Below, piece by piece: positions 1 through 8,289 of a stretch of 24,000 bases of DNA. The notes under the pieces were generated by a model that saw only the letters and a list, made by a program, of their open reading frames with translations, was not told the DNA's origin and searched no databases. Made by a program: the position numbers and the translations under genes. Source of the stretch: Methylohalobius crimeensis 10Ki (lineage in GTDB: Bacteria > Pseudomonadota > Gammaproteobacteria > Methylococcales > Methylothermaceae); the NCBI RefSeq assembly GCF_000421465.1, contig NZ_ATXB01000002.1, positions 276,690 to 300,689 of the forward strand, read 5' to 3'. Each line of letters opens with the position of its first letter. The stretch's first letter is position 1.

Positions 1-176
1 CCGAGTTAGGCGCCAGCGGGCTGGTGACCGAGGTCGAAAGCATGGGCCGTTTCCTCGCGCTGGCCCGGGCCTTTCCGGCGCTGCGGTTGACACCCGCGCC
101 GGCCGATACGATCGCGGAGGCCTACGGCATCCGGCATTATCCGGTGTTGATTTCCGGAAGGTTTGTCGAGCAATGA
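1..176 (+). CDS. 3' end of a gene cut by the window edge; ICE-associated protein in the position usually held by the PFL_4695-family gene upstream of traD
   Basis: The frame is open from nt 3 and ends ...AYGIRHYPVLISGRFVEQ*. Its TGA (174-176) overlaps the traD ATG at 173 (ATGA coupling). The family assignment rests only on remembered synteny. Confidence 0.4.
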   Translation, partial: ELGASGLVTEVESMGRFLALARAFPALRLTPAPADTIAEAYGIRHYPVLISGRFVEQ

Positions 177-2224
177 GCGACCGGCCCATCGAAGCGCTGT
201 TGCGGCCGCCCGTCGAATTCTGGTCGGCGGTGACGGCGGCCTGCTGTGCCATGGCCGCCGTGCTGTCGCCCCCGCTCCTGCTCATGACGCCACCCATCGC
301 TTATGGTACCGCCGCGGGGCTGGCCTGGCTCGCGGTTTGGCGATTCCGCCAGGGCATGCAAGTGATCCGCTATCAAAAGGCATTGGTGCGCCTGCCCCGC
401 TATCGCCTGGCCGCGGACAAGATTCCCACCGGACGCCACCATCTTTTTCTGGGCCGCGGGTTCCGCTGGACCCAGAAGCACACCCAACGGCTCAGGAACA
501 CCCAGACCGATGAGGGACGGCGGTATGTCGAGCCAAGTGCGCTACATGAACAAGTGCGGGCATGGGAAATCGAATGGGAGAACCATGCTTTGCTGTGCCC
601 CCTGGCACGGCTGACGGCGGCCGACGTGCCTCTCAATCCGCTACGCCCGCTGCCGCCCGTCGGCGGCAAGCCGGAGCTGCACGGCGTCGGGGCGTTGGAG
701 GAAAGGGATATGTGGATGGATCTGCGCGACCGCGAGGGCAACATGCTGGTGCTGGGGGCCACCGGCGTGGGCAAAACCCGGCTCGCCGAAATTTTGATCA
801 CCCAGGACATTCGCCGCGGCGATACGGTCATCGTGTTCGATCCCAAGGGCGACGCGGACCTCATGCGGCGCATCGTCGCCGAGGCGAAACGGTCCGGCCG
901 CGAGGATCAGTTATATTTGTTCCACCTGGGCTATCCGGAAATCTCCGCCCGCTACAATCCCATCGGGGAATACGATCGGGTCACCGAGGTGGCCACGCGG
1001 ATCGCCAACCAGTTGCCCGGCGAGGGCAATTCGGCGGCGTTCCGCGAATTCGGGTGGCTGTTCGTCAACAACGTGGCCCGAGCGCTTCAGGCCCTCGGCA
1101 GGCGCCCGGACTATCCCACGGTATTCAAGTACATCGTCGACATCGAGCCGCTGTTTCAGGAGTACTGCGCGCATTGGCTGGACGATCGCCGTCCCGGCTG
1201 GGAGGCGGAAATCCGGGAACTGGAGGACACGCTCAACGAGCGCACCCTGCCGCCGAACATGCGCGGCCGCGGGCGCCGAACCGCCGCCTTGGTCCAATAC
1301 CTGAAGGAGCGGCGGCTGCTCGATCCCGTCTTGGCCGGATTGACGGCCGCCGTCGAGCACGACAAGACCCATTACGACAAATTGGTGGTGTCGCTGCGCC
1401 CACTGCTGGAAAAGCTCATCACCGGCAAGACCGCCGATCTGCTCGCCCCGGACTACGACGACCTCGACGATGACCGCCCCATCTTCGATTGGATGCAGGT
1501 GATCCGGCGGAAAGGCATTGTCTACGTGGGACTGGACGCCATGGCCGACATGGCGGTGGCGCAGGCGGTCGGCAATTCCATGTTCTCCGACCTGACCTCG
1601 CTCGCCGCCCGGATCTATAAGCACGGGGTGGATCAGGGCTTGCCGGGCGCTCGCCGCCGGAAGGCGAACGTTTCCCTGCACGCCGACGAATTCAACGAGA
1701 TCATCGGCCCCGAATTCATTCCGCTCGTCAACAAAGCCCGGGGAGCGGGGTTCCAGGTGACCGCCTACACCCAGACCTGGTCCGACATCGAGGCGCGGAT
1801 GGGGACGGCCGCCCGGGCCGGTCAGGTGGAGGGCAACTTCAATTCGCTCGTCATGCTGCGCCCCCGGCAATTGACCACCGCGGAATTGTTGACCAGCCGC
1901 CTGGAAACGGTGGACGTGAAGACCAAGATGCTGGTCTCGGGCGTGCACGATTCGTCCGATCCGGTCTCCGACGTTCATTTCACCTCCAATAACCAGGACC
2001 GCATCTCCAACGAGAAGGTACCGTTGGTTCATCCCGCCGACGTGATGGCCCTGCCCCGGGGACAGGCCTTCGCCCTCATGGAGGGCGGACGGCTTTGGAA
2101 GCTCCGCCTGCCGCTGCCCGGTGCGGCCGACGATCCGGCCATGCCGCGTGACCTGGACGAGGTGCTGACGTCCATGCGCACCCGCTACGCCACCGGCGAT
2201 TTGTGGTGGCGGGGAGCGGAATGA
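173..2224 (+). CDS. traD: Conjugative coupling protein TraD (type IV coupling ATPase, PFGI-1/ICEclc class)
   Basis: 683-aa ORF with N-terminal hydrophobic segments, Walker A GATGVGKT and a Walker-B-like VSLHADEFNE. The overall architecture matches TraD/VirD4-type coupling proteins of ICEs. Confidence 0.9.
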   Translation: MSDRPIEALLRPPVEFWSAVTAACCAMAAVLSPPLLLMTPPIAYGTAAGLAWLAVWRFRQGMQVIRYQKALVRLPRYRLAADKIPTGRHHLFLGRGFRWTQKHTQRLRNTQTDEGRRYVEPSALHEQVRAWEIEWENHALLCPLARLTAADVPLNPLRPLPPVGGKPELHGVGALEERDMWMDLRDREGNMLVLGATGVGKTRLAEILITQDIRRGDTVIVFDPKGDADLMRRIVAEAKRSGREDQLYLFHLGYPEISARYNPIGEYDRVTEVATRIANQLPGEGNSAAFREFGWLFVNNVARALQALGRRPDYPTVFKYIVDIEPLFQEYCAHWLDDRRPGWEAEIRELEDTLNERTLPPNMRGRGRRTAALVQYLKERRLLDPVLAGLTAAVEHDKTHYDKLVVSLRPLLEKLITGKTADLLAPDYDDLDDDRPIFDWMQVIRRKGIVYVGLDAMADMAVAQAVGNSMFSDLTSLAARIYKHGVDQGLPGARRRKANVSLHADEFNEIIGPEFIPLVNKARGAGFQVTAYTQTWSDIEARMGTAARAGQVEGNFNSLVMLRPRQLTTAELLTSRLETVDVKTKMLVSGVHDSSDPVSDVHFTSNNQDRISNEKVPLVHPADVMALPRGQAFALMEGGRLWKLRLPLPGAADDPAMPRDLDEVLTSMRTRYATGDLWWRGAE

Positions 2225-2949
2225 TGGCGCAGGTCCGCGAACGCTCCGACCATCCGCAGCCGGCGCAACGGGGGATCGTCCTGAGATCCCTTGGGGGGAT
2301 TTTCCGGCTGGCCGGCTGGCTGCTGCTGGCCCTGGTGTTCTCGATCCTCACCGAGTGGGTCGGGTTGACGTTCTTCTGGCAGGATCAGGGCGTCGCACAC
2401 TGCCACCGGATGCTCGAGCACGAAGTGAGTTATCTCCAGAGCGGATACCGGCCGCACCCATTGGTGCACGATCCCGCCCGGTTCGCCGCCGGCTGGGCGG
2501 AATCCGCAAGGCGCTTGTTCGACAAGACCGGTCTGCCGGATTGGGCGGATCGAGTCGCCGATTCGGGAGGTGGCAGACTGGGTGCTTGGACCGGACGGCT
2601 CTACCGCCTCGTCGAGCCTTATCTATGGTCGGCCTGGTACATTGTGCAGGTGTTCGCGGTCCGCCTGGCGGTGCTCACCCTCGCCCTCCCCGCGTTCGCC
2701 CTGGCCGGGATGGCGGCGGTTTCCGACGGTTTGGTCCAGAGGGATCTGAGAAAATACGGGGGCGGACGGGAATCGGCCTTCGTCTATCATCACGCCAAAC
2801 GCCTGATCGGCCCCTCGTTGATCCTGCCCTGGATTGTCTATTTGGCTTTGCCGGTGTCGGTCCATCCAAACTTCGTGGTATTGCCGTTCGCGGCCCTGTT
2901 CGGGATTTCCGTGGCGGTGGCCGCGTCGATGTTCAAGAAGTATTTGTGA
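2221..2949 (+). CDS. ICE inner-membrane protein, PFL_4697-like (TIGR03747-type)
   Basis: The ATG at 2221 overlaps the traD stop (ATGATG/TGA), with GGGGAG upstream. The 242-aa product has several hydrophobic helices (LAGWLLLALVFSILTEWVGLTFFW...). The position directly after traD is typical of this family. Confidence 0.75.
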   Translation: MMAQVRERSDHPQPAQRGIVLRSLGGIFRLAGWLLLALVFSILTEWVGLTFFWQDQGVAHCHRMLEHEVSYLQSGYRPHPLVHDPARFAAGWAESARRLFDKTGLPDWADRVADSGGGRLGAWTGRLYRLVEPYLWSAWYIVQVFAVRLAVLTLALPAFALAGMAAVSDGLVQRDLRKYGGGRESAFVYHHAKRLIGPSLILPWIVYLALPVSVHPNFVVLPFAALFGISVAVAASMFKKYL

Positions 2950-2976
2950 TTTAGCTATTGACCTCATCTAACAAGC

Positions 2977-3005
2977 TTGCGTCGCGTAACGTTACGCGAT
3001 ATATT
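2977..3005 (+). promoter_or_regulatory. Putative higBA promoter with an embedded operator palindrome
   Basis: TTGCGT (2977-2982) is followed by a 17-nt spacer and TATATT (3000-3005). The spacer contains the perfect 16-bp palindrome CGCGTAACGTTACGCG (2983-2998). The higB ATG lies 7 nt after the -10 element. Confidence 0.5.
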
Positions 3006-3012
3006 CTCGCTC

Positions 3013-3291
3013 ATGATCATCGACTTCCGGCACAAGGGTCTAGAAACGTTTTATCGAACCGGATCAACGCGGGGCATTCAAGCCGCTCATGCCAAAAAGC
3101 TGGGTATGATTCTCGCCATGCTTGATGCAGCGAAAGAACCGCAAGACCTAAACCAATCAGGTTTGCGCTTGCATTCGCTCAAGGGTGCACTGAAAGGATA
3201 CTGGTCGGTGAGTGTAAGCGGTAATTGGCGGGTGACATTCCGCTTCGCCGGAACCGATGTCGAGATGATCGATTATCAGGATTACCACTGA
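3013..3291 (+). CDS. higB: HigB-type toxin (plasmid maintenance system killer, RelE superfamily)
   Basis: [40 protein letters not shown]...[23 protein letters not shown] matches the canonical HigB-like pattern. The ATG at 3013 is preferred over the TTG at 2977. Confidence 0.9.
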   Translation: MIIDFRHKGLETFYRTGSTRGIQAAHAKKLGMILAMLDAAKEPQDLNQSGLRLHSLKGALKGYWSVSVSGNWRVTFRFAGTDVEMIDYQDYH

Positions 3292-3301
3292 AGGTAGAAT
3301 T

Positions 3302-3589
3302 ATGATCCATAACCATCCCCATCCGGGCGAAATTCTCAAAGAAACGGTGCTCGATCCGTTGGAATTGTCCATTACGGAGGCAGCCGAACGTTTAGCCATG
3401 TCGCGGGTTGCGCTTTCCCGGGTGCTCAATGGCAAAGCAGGGATCAGTCCGGATTTGGCCATCCGTTTGGAGAAGGCTGGCGTCAGCACGGCACGTTTTT
3501 GGATCAACCTTCAGGCGAATTATGACCTTTGGTGCGCCATGCAACACGAACAACCTCCGATTCGAACGCTGGATGAGCACGCAGTTTAA
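3302..3589 (+). CDS. higA: HigA-type antitoxin (XRE-family HTH)
   Basis: [73 protein letters not shown] is a typical HigA/VapI sequence. The gene starts 10 nt after higB. Confidence 0.9.
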   Translation: MIHNHPHPGEILKETVLDPLELSITEAAERLAMSRVALSRVLNGKAGISPDLAIRLEKAGVSTARFWINLQANYDLWCAMQHEQPPIRTLDEHAV

Positions 3590-3663
3590 TCTAACGGATT
3601 CATTCGCAAAGCCATGTGAATTCAACTCGGCATTGACCCCAACGATTTATAAGAAAATTCAAT

Positions 3664-4101
3664 ATGCGGTACGTCTATTCGCTCACTTTGGAACGCGACG
3701 AGGATGGGGGATACATCGCCAGAACGCGGGATGTACCCGAAGCCAACACCAATGGTGACTCCGAAAAAGAAGCATTGCAGGAGATGAGCGAAGCGTTGGG
3801 TGCGGCCCTCGCGGGATACGCATTGGAGGGGCGAGTCATACCACCGCCGTCCGATGCTTTACCGGGAGAATATCCGGTCCCGGTGGCTCCATTGGTTGCG
3901 GTCAAACTGGCACTTCGATCGGCTATGCACGACGAACATATCACCAACGTGGAATTGGCCCGGCGTTTAGGTGTGTCCGAGGGAGCGGTGCGACGTTTGC
4001 TGGACTTGGATCACGCATTCCGCCTGGACGTTGTGGTGACCGCCCTGGCCGCCATCGGCCGCGGGCTCATCATAGAGGATCAAGAACAGTTCGCCGCTTG
4101 A
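3664..4101 (+). CDS. HicB-family antitoxin with C-terminal HTH; no adjacent hicA
   Basis: The N-terminus MRYVYSLTLERDEDGGYIARTRDVPEANTNGDSEKEALQEMSEAL...GRVIPPPSD is HicB-like. The C-terminus ITNVELARRLGVSEGAVRRLLD is an HTH. There is no room for a hicA ORF between 3590 and 3663. Confidence 0.8.
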   Translation: MRYVYSLTLERDEDGGYIARTRDVPEANTNGDSEKEALQEMSEALGAALAGYALEGRVIPPPSDALPGEYPVPVAPLVAVKLALRSAMHDEHITNVELARRLGVSEGAVRRLLDLDHAFRLDVVVTALAAIGRGLIIEDQEQFAA

Positions 4102-4153
4102 TTCCTAATGGCATGGATATTCAAAGGTCATAAGATTTATATGCTTGCCAAAT

Positions 4154-4173
4154 ATGTAGTTTTTACACTACAT
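4154..4173. promoter_or_regulatory. Inverted repeat upstream of the disrupted killer gene (possible TA operator)
   Basis: ATGTAGT-N6-ACTACAT has 7-bp perfect arms and ends 8 nt before the ATG at 4181. Confidence 0.3.
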
Positions 4174-4180
4174 TTTCAGC

Positions 4181-4322
4181 ATGATTGAAATTGAGCAATC
4201 ATCGACATTTCGAAAATGGGTAACCCGTCTGAAGGACCGCCGCGCACGTATCATCATAGCTTCGCGCATCAACCGATTGGCCGAAGGTTTACCGGGTGAT
4301 ATCAAGCCGGTAGGCGAAGGGG
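4181..4322 (+). pseudogene. 5' fragment of an addiction-module killer gene (RelE/ParE superfamily, TIGR02683-like), interrupted by an IS
   Basis: MIEIEQSSTFRKWVTRLKDRRARIIIASRINRLAEGLPGDIKPVGEG then runs into the IS left end. With the IS present, the frame stops at 4337-4339. Confidence 0.85.
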
Positions 4323-5748
4323 CATATGCGCCAACTTAAGCGCACAAGTGGTTGAAATTTGGAGGAAGTGACGGCAAGTTACAGGCTTTTTTCAACCGCC
4401 AAGTCGAAGGAGCCTGCCATGTCGCCACTTCCGAACAGTGTTGATATCTCATTTGGGCGTTTTCTGCAAGAACTGCCTTCAGGCTATGAGGAGATGGCCT
4501 ATGAATTTCGCGCTTTTGCCCGGGGGCGCAAGATCCGCACCCCATCGGAATTGCTGCAGGTGGTGCTGCTCTATTGTGGTTTGGATTTGAGTCTGAGGGG
4601 GACGGCGGGACACCTGACGATGGGCCATGCCCGGATGACCGACACGGCGATCCATCGACGCTTGAAGGCCTGCGGTCCGTGGCTGAAGGCGATGGTTCAG
4701 CATTTGTATGGCGGGCGATCGGCGTCATTGGTTCCGGGCCACTTGCGCTTTGTGGCCATCGATGGGAGTACGGTCCAAGCCCCCGGAGCGGAAGGGATCA
4801 GTTACCGACTGCACCTAGCGATGGACCTGGTGGAGATGACCTTGGTGCATGCGGAGGTCAGCGATGCCCATTGCGGGGAAGGGCTTCCACATTTTCCCCT
4901 GCAGGCGGGCGATGTGGCGGTGCTGGATCGCGGCTACAATCAACCCGCCTCGCTGATTGCGGCGGCCGAGGCGGGGATCGGTTGGGTGGTGCGCCATAAT
5001 CCTCACGGCATGAACCTTTATGACGACCGGATGCGGAAAGTGGACCTCCATGGCTGGTTGAAACGTCGACAAACGCCCGCCCATCGCTTGGTCCGCGTGG
5101 CCGACCGAGCCCGAGGTCACTACACGGGGGCGGTGCTCCACGCCATTCCCTTGCCCCCCGCCGAAGCGGCCAAGGCCCGCCAGAAACTTCGTCGTCAGGC
5201 AAAAAAAAGGCTATACCCCGTCTCGGCGGGCGTTCCATCTGGCCGGCTGGGTTCTGATCGTCACCACCGTGCCAGTTGCCGTACTGGATACCGAAACCGT
5301 GGGCGAACTCTACCGGGTGCGCTGGCAAGTCGAACTGACTATCAAACGCCTCAAAAGCCTGCTCGATCTGGACAAGCTGCGCGCGCAGGCAGGGGGTGCC
5401 CTGGCGGAAGTCTACCTCTATGGCAAACTGCTCTATACCTGGGTGTTGGAAAAGATCGCCGCCCGACGATTTGGCCCGCACTGGACCCGGCTCGACCAAC
5501 CACGAGCGGGGACGTGGTGGCGACTGTGGGCGATGCTCAAGCAAGCCTTGGCGATCGCCATTCAAGCGGTGGATCGTTGGCGGACGGAAAACTTCGAGGC
5601 TTGCCGGCAAGTCATGAGGGAACGTTCCCGTCGGAGAAAACTGCAAACACTGCCCGATCCGGTGATCCAGCTATTGGAATGGTGTAGAGAAAAAGGTTTA
5701 AGCAATACCTGATCTATCAACAACTTGCAGCTTAAGTTGGCGCTTATG
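4323..5748 (+). mobile_element. IS4-family insertion sequence (1426 bp)
   Basis: The terminal inverted repeats are CATATGCGCCAACTTAAGC (left) and CATAAGCGCCAACTTAAGC (reverse complement of the right end), matching at 18 of 19 positions. An 11-bp direct repeat AGGCGAAGGGG flanks the element at 4312-4322 and 5749-5759. It carries a single DDE transposase gene. Confidence 0.9.
4419..5712 (+). pseudogene. IS4-family DDE transposase, reading frame broken at an A8 tract
   Basis: The N-terminal part (MSPLPNSVDISFGRFLQELP...QKLRRQAKK) is in one frame. The C-terminal part (...LAGWVLIVTTVPVAVLDTETVGELYRVRWQVELTIKRLKS..., a YREK-type motif) is in the +1 frame. The switch is at AAAAAAAA, 5201-5208, and A7 would restore a single ORF. 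GGAG lies upstream of the ATG at 4419. Confidence 0.8.
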
Positions 5749-5923
5749 AGGCGAAGGGGTCAGTGAGTTGCGCATTCATTACGGCCCCGGTTATCGAGTC
5801 TATTTCCAGCAACACGGTAATACCCTGATCCTCTTATTGTGTGGTGGAGATAAGCAGTCGCAAAGCCGGGATATCGCCGCCGCAAAGAAAATCGCCAAAG
5901 AATGGAGTGCTCGAAATGGCTGA
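5749..5923 (+). pseudogene. 3' fragment of the same killer gene
   Basis: From 5750 the sequence reads [57 protein letters not shown]. Removing the IS and one target-duplication copy joins this in frame to the 4181 fragment, giving a product of about 100 aa. Confidence 0.85.
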
Positions 5924-6236
5924 AAAATTTACTAAATTCGATCCGGCCGCCATGTTGGAAACCGACGAGGACATCGCCATTTTCATGGCCGATGCTTTGG
6001 AAACCGGAAATGCATCCTATATTGCAAAAGCGCTTGGTGTCGTGGCTCGTGCCAAAGGTATGACAGAAATAGCGAGAAAAACCGGCCTATCCCGGGAGCA
6101 GCTCTATCGTTCCTTCAGCGAGGAAGGCAATCCCACCTTGAAAACCACCATTGCCGTGATGCGGGCGCTTGGCGTGGATTTGTCGGCCAAAGTCCATGAA
6201 AGTGAAAAAGAAGCCGAAACCAACGATACGGTTTGA
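5916..6236 (+). CDS. Addiction-module antidote protein (HTH, TIGR02684-like), intact
   Basis: [87 protein letters not shown]. The ATG at 5916 overlaps the killer stop (ATGGCTGA). Confidence 0.85.
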   Translation: MAEKFTKFDPAAMLETDEDIAIFMADALETGNASYIAKALGVVARAKGMTEIARKTGLSREQLYRSFSEEGNPTLKTTIAVMRALGVDLSAKVHESEKEAETNDTV

Positions 6237-6256
6237 TATTATTCGCAAAGCCGCTA

Positions 6257-6571
6257 TTATTTGCACGTTTGCATCGGATCGAGTTTTTCCGGAGCGAGAC
6301 GGTAGCCTAAAGAATGCATGATTGCATTGATGTTCTCCAAACGCGGATTTCCTTTTTCGGATAGCGCTTTTTGCAAGCCTTGGCGGGTCATGCCTGCTTC
6401 TTCTGCCATCCCTGAAATGCCTTTTGCCCGGCTGATGATCCGCAAAGCGGACAGCAAGACCCCAATGTTCTGATCTTTGGCGTATTCCTCAAATGTAATT
6501 TTGAGGAATGCATCAATTTCTTCGGGGTGGTCGCGGTAGTAATCCGCTGCGGCGTCGCTGAATTTACGCAT
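6257..6571 (-). CDS. Addiction-module antidote protein (second, paralogous copy)
   Basis: ...LSALRIISRAKGISGMAEEAGMTRQGLQKALSEKGNPRLENINAIMHSLGYRL has the same architecture as the 5916 product. It overlaps the upstream killer gene by 8 nt. Confidence 0.85.
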   Translation of the reverse strand: MRKFSDAAADYYRDHPEEIDAFLKITFEEYAKDQNIGVLLSALRIISRAKGISGMAEEAGMTRQGLQKALSEKGNPRLENINAIMHSLGYRLAPEKLDPMQTCK

Positions 6572-6902
6572 GATTTTTGTACACTTTCCAATAACTCTTG
6601 GCTATTTCAATATCCTGTGACTGGCTGCTTTTATCTCCGCCACACAGGAGAACCACAATGTTGTCCTTATCCTCCCCGAAATAAATGCGGTATCCGGAGC
6701 CGAAAAACAGGCGCAATTCGAAACCCCCTTCACCGAGTGCTTTCCAATCACCGCAATTTCCCTGCTCCAACCTGAGTAACCGCAATTCAATCCGTTTTCG
6801 GGTCTGTTTGTCTTTTAGACCGTACAACCAGTCCATAAATGGTTCATTTCCCTGGTCATCGGCATAGATGATGATCTCTTTCGGGGCGGCCGCTTGTGCC
6901 AT
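6564..6902 (-). CDS. Addiction-module killer protein (RelE/ParE superfamily), intact paralogue
   Basis: ...FMDWLYGLKDKQTRKRIELRLLRLEQGNCGDWKALGEGGFELRLFFGSGYRIYFGEDKDNIVVLLCGGDKSSQSQDIEIAKSYW is collinear with the disrupted killer. The ATG at 6902 has GGAGG 8 nt upstream and is preferred over the ATG at 6917. Confidence 0.85.
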   Translation of the reverse strand: MAQAAAPKEIIIYADDQGNEPFMDWLYGLKDKQTRKRIELRLLRLEQGNCGDWKALGEGGFELRLFFGSGYRIYFGEDKDNIVVLLCGGDKSSQSQDIEIAKSYWKVYKNHA

Positions 6903-6951
6903 ATTTTCAACCTCCATGTTTTACAAATTTCCTTCCTTACAAAGATATCAG

Positions 6952-6969
6952 TGCAAACTATAGTTTGCA
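6952..6969. promoter_or_regulatory. Perfect 18-bp palindrome upstream of the second killer/antidote operon (operator or terminator)
   Basis: TGCAAACTATAGTTTGCA lies between the stop of the 119-aa gene (6981) and the killer start (6902). Confidence 0.45.
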
Positions 6970-6980
6970 ACTATTTTGAT

Positions 6981-7340
6981 TTAATCGGACGAAGCCCGAT
7001 ACGCCATTTTCGGGGAACGGCCGATCCTCGAAACGCTTTTCCCGCCGTCGGGGCGGGTCCAAGACCCCCGAAGGTGCGGTTCCCAATCGGGCCATTCCCC
7101 CAGGGCCGCCGCGCAGGCTCGGGCGGTGCGCCAATAATGATAACGGGTGCCGGGGGCCAGATCCGCCAAACCATGCTCGAGCGCCCATCGCAAATGCTTG
7201 GCCCGCCATTGCCGGGGGTGCGTTACGCCGTAACGCGACTCGATGAGGGTTCTCAATTGCTCGCCCCGGCGGATATGCCGCTCGACCCCGCCCCGGCTTC
7301 CCGGCTGGGCGCGTTCCAGTAGTCTCCTTATATGACTCAT
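6981..7340 (-). CDS. Hypothetical protein, translationally coupled to the recombinase gene
   Basis: 119-aa ORF. Its ATG at 7340 overlaps the recombinase stop (ATGA). No family was recognised. Confidence 0.55.
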   Translation of the reverse strand: MSHIRRLLERAQPGSRGGVERHIRRGEQLRTLIESRYGVTHPRQWRAKHLRWALEHGLADLAPGTRYHYWRTARACAAALGEWPDWEPHLRGSWTRPDGGKSVSRIGRSPKMAYRASSD

Positions 7341-8287
7341 CTCGACGACCCCAAATAGGCGACGGTCACGTCGGTTCGGCCGTGACCCAATTCGTGTGCT
7401 ATAACTTGTCGGGCCTGGCGGTCGGCATCCTTGCCGGCAGTCCTCCGGCCTGCCACCACCGGCGCCTCACGGCCTGTCATCTGTTTGTAGCGCTCGCAGG
7501 CGTAGCCCGCCCGGGCGTCGTGATAACCGCGCAGGCCGAATTCGTGTAGGCGGTCGCGGCCCTCGCGCAACTCCCCGTGGAGCCAAATGGCATAGTTCTC
7601 ACCGGGAGCGATGAGGTTGCGCCTTTCGGATCCCGGCGGGCGCACCTTCAGGGCGAACGCCAGGGCCTTGCGTCCTTCTTCGGTTACCGGCACCCAACGG
7701 GGGGCACCGCGGCCGCCCTTGGTCCCTTCCTGAACGTTGATTTTGCCGTATCGTTCGGCCTCCTTGGCCCACCGGGTGAGATCCGCCAAGGTGGCTTCCT
7801 TGCTCCGGACCCCAAACTCGCGGGCGAGCGCCAAGGCCGCCGCGGCACGATCCAGCCCCGCCTCGCGCAGCGAATCGCGGGCTTGTCCGTAGGTGTGGCG
7901 GTCCAGGGAGACCGGCGCTTCCTGGCGCACCTGGGAGCGCGCGGCGCCGGCAAGCGCCCTCGGACTGACGCACTCCCAACGGCCCTCGCGCGCATGCCGC
8001 ATGACGACGTTGACGGTACTGATCCGGTTCTGAACGGTCGGGGCGGCCAGATCCTGCGTCCGAAGATAAGCGGCGTAGCGCTCGACCAGATCCCGGTCCA
8101 CCTTGCGCATGTCGCGAATGCCCTGGGTCTTCAGCCAATTGTCGAACAGGCGCCAGCGCTCGGCGTGGGACTGGACGGACCCGAAATGGCCACCGCCGAA
8201 CCGGTCAATCAGAACCTGGCGGCCGGCCCAGGCCACCCGCTTTCCCCAACCGTGATTGCGCCTTTCGATCCCTCCAAATTTTCCCAT
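7337..8287 (-). CDS. Tyrosine-recombinase-fold protein (plasmid-type integrase domain protein)
   Basis: 316 aa. Candidate catalytic residues in the expected order are R in FGVRSKEA, H-x-x-R in GYHDARAGYA, and H...Y in HELGHGRTDVTVAYLG. Confidence 0.7.
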   Translation of the reverse strand: MGKFGGIERRNHGWGKRVAWAGRQVLIDRFGGGHFGSVQSHAERWRLFDNWLKTQGIRDMRKVDRDLVERYAAYLRTQDLAAPTVQNRISTVNVVMRHAREGRWECVSPRALAGAARSQVRQEAPVSLDRHTYGQARDSLREAGLDRAAAALALAREFGVRSKEATLADLTRWAKEAERYGKINVQEGTKGGRGAPRWVPVTEEGRKALAFALKVRPPGSERRNLIAPGENYAIWLHGELREGRDRLHEFGLRGYHDARAGYACERYKQMTGREAPVVAGRRTAGKDADRQARQVIAHELGHGRTDVTVAYLGSSR

Positions 8288-8289
8288 CT

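Noticed and set aside
911-2032. 373-aa ORF on the minus strand, together with other long ORFs at 400-873 (minus), 562-1473 (plus) and 137-487 (minus).
   Set aside because: They lie entirely inside or antisense to the well-supported traD gene. Their Arg/Gly/Pro/Ala-rich composition with no motifs is the usual shadow-ORF artefact in high-GC DNA.
3602-3613. The 12-mer ATTCGCAAAGCC downstream of higA recurs at 6241-6252 downstream of the antidote gene.
   Set aside because: A single shared 12-mer within 24 kb is expected by chance many times over, and there is no extended similarity around it.
4858-5646. 262-aa minus-strand ORF inside the IS element.
   Set aside because: It is antisense to the transposase gene, whose DDE/YREK-type sequence is recognisable. 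The ORF is low-complexity and Pro/Arg-rich.
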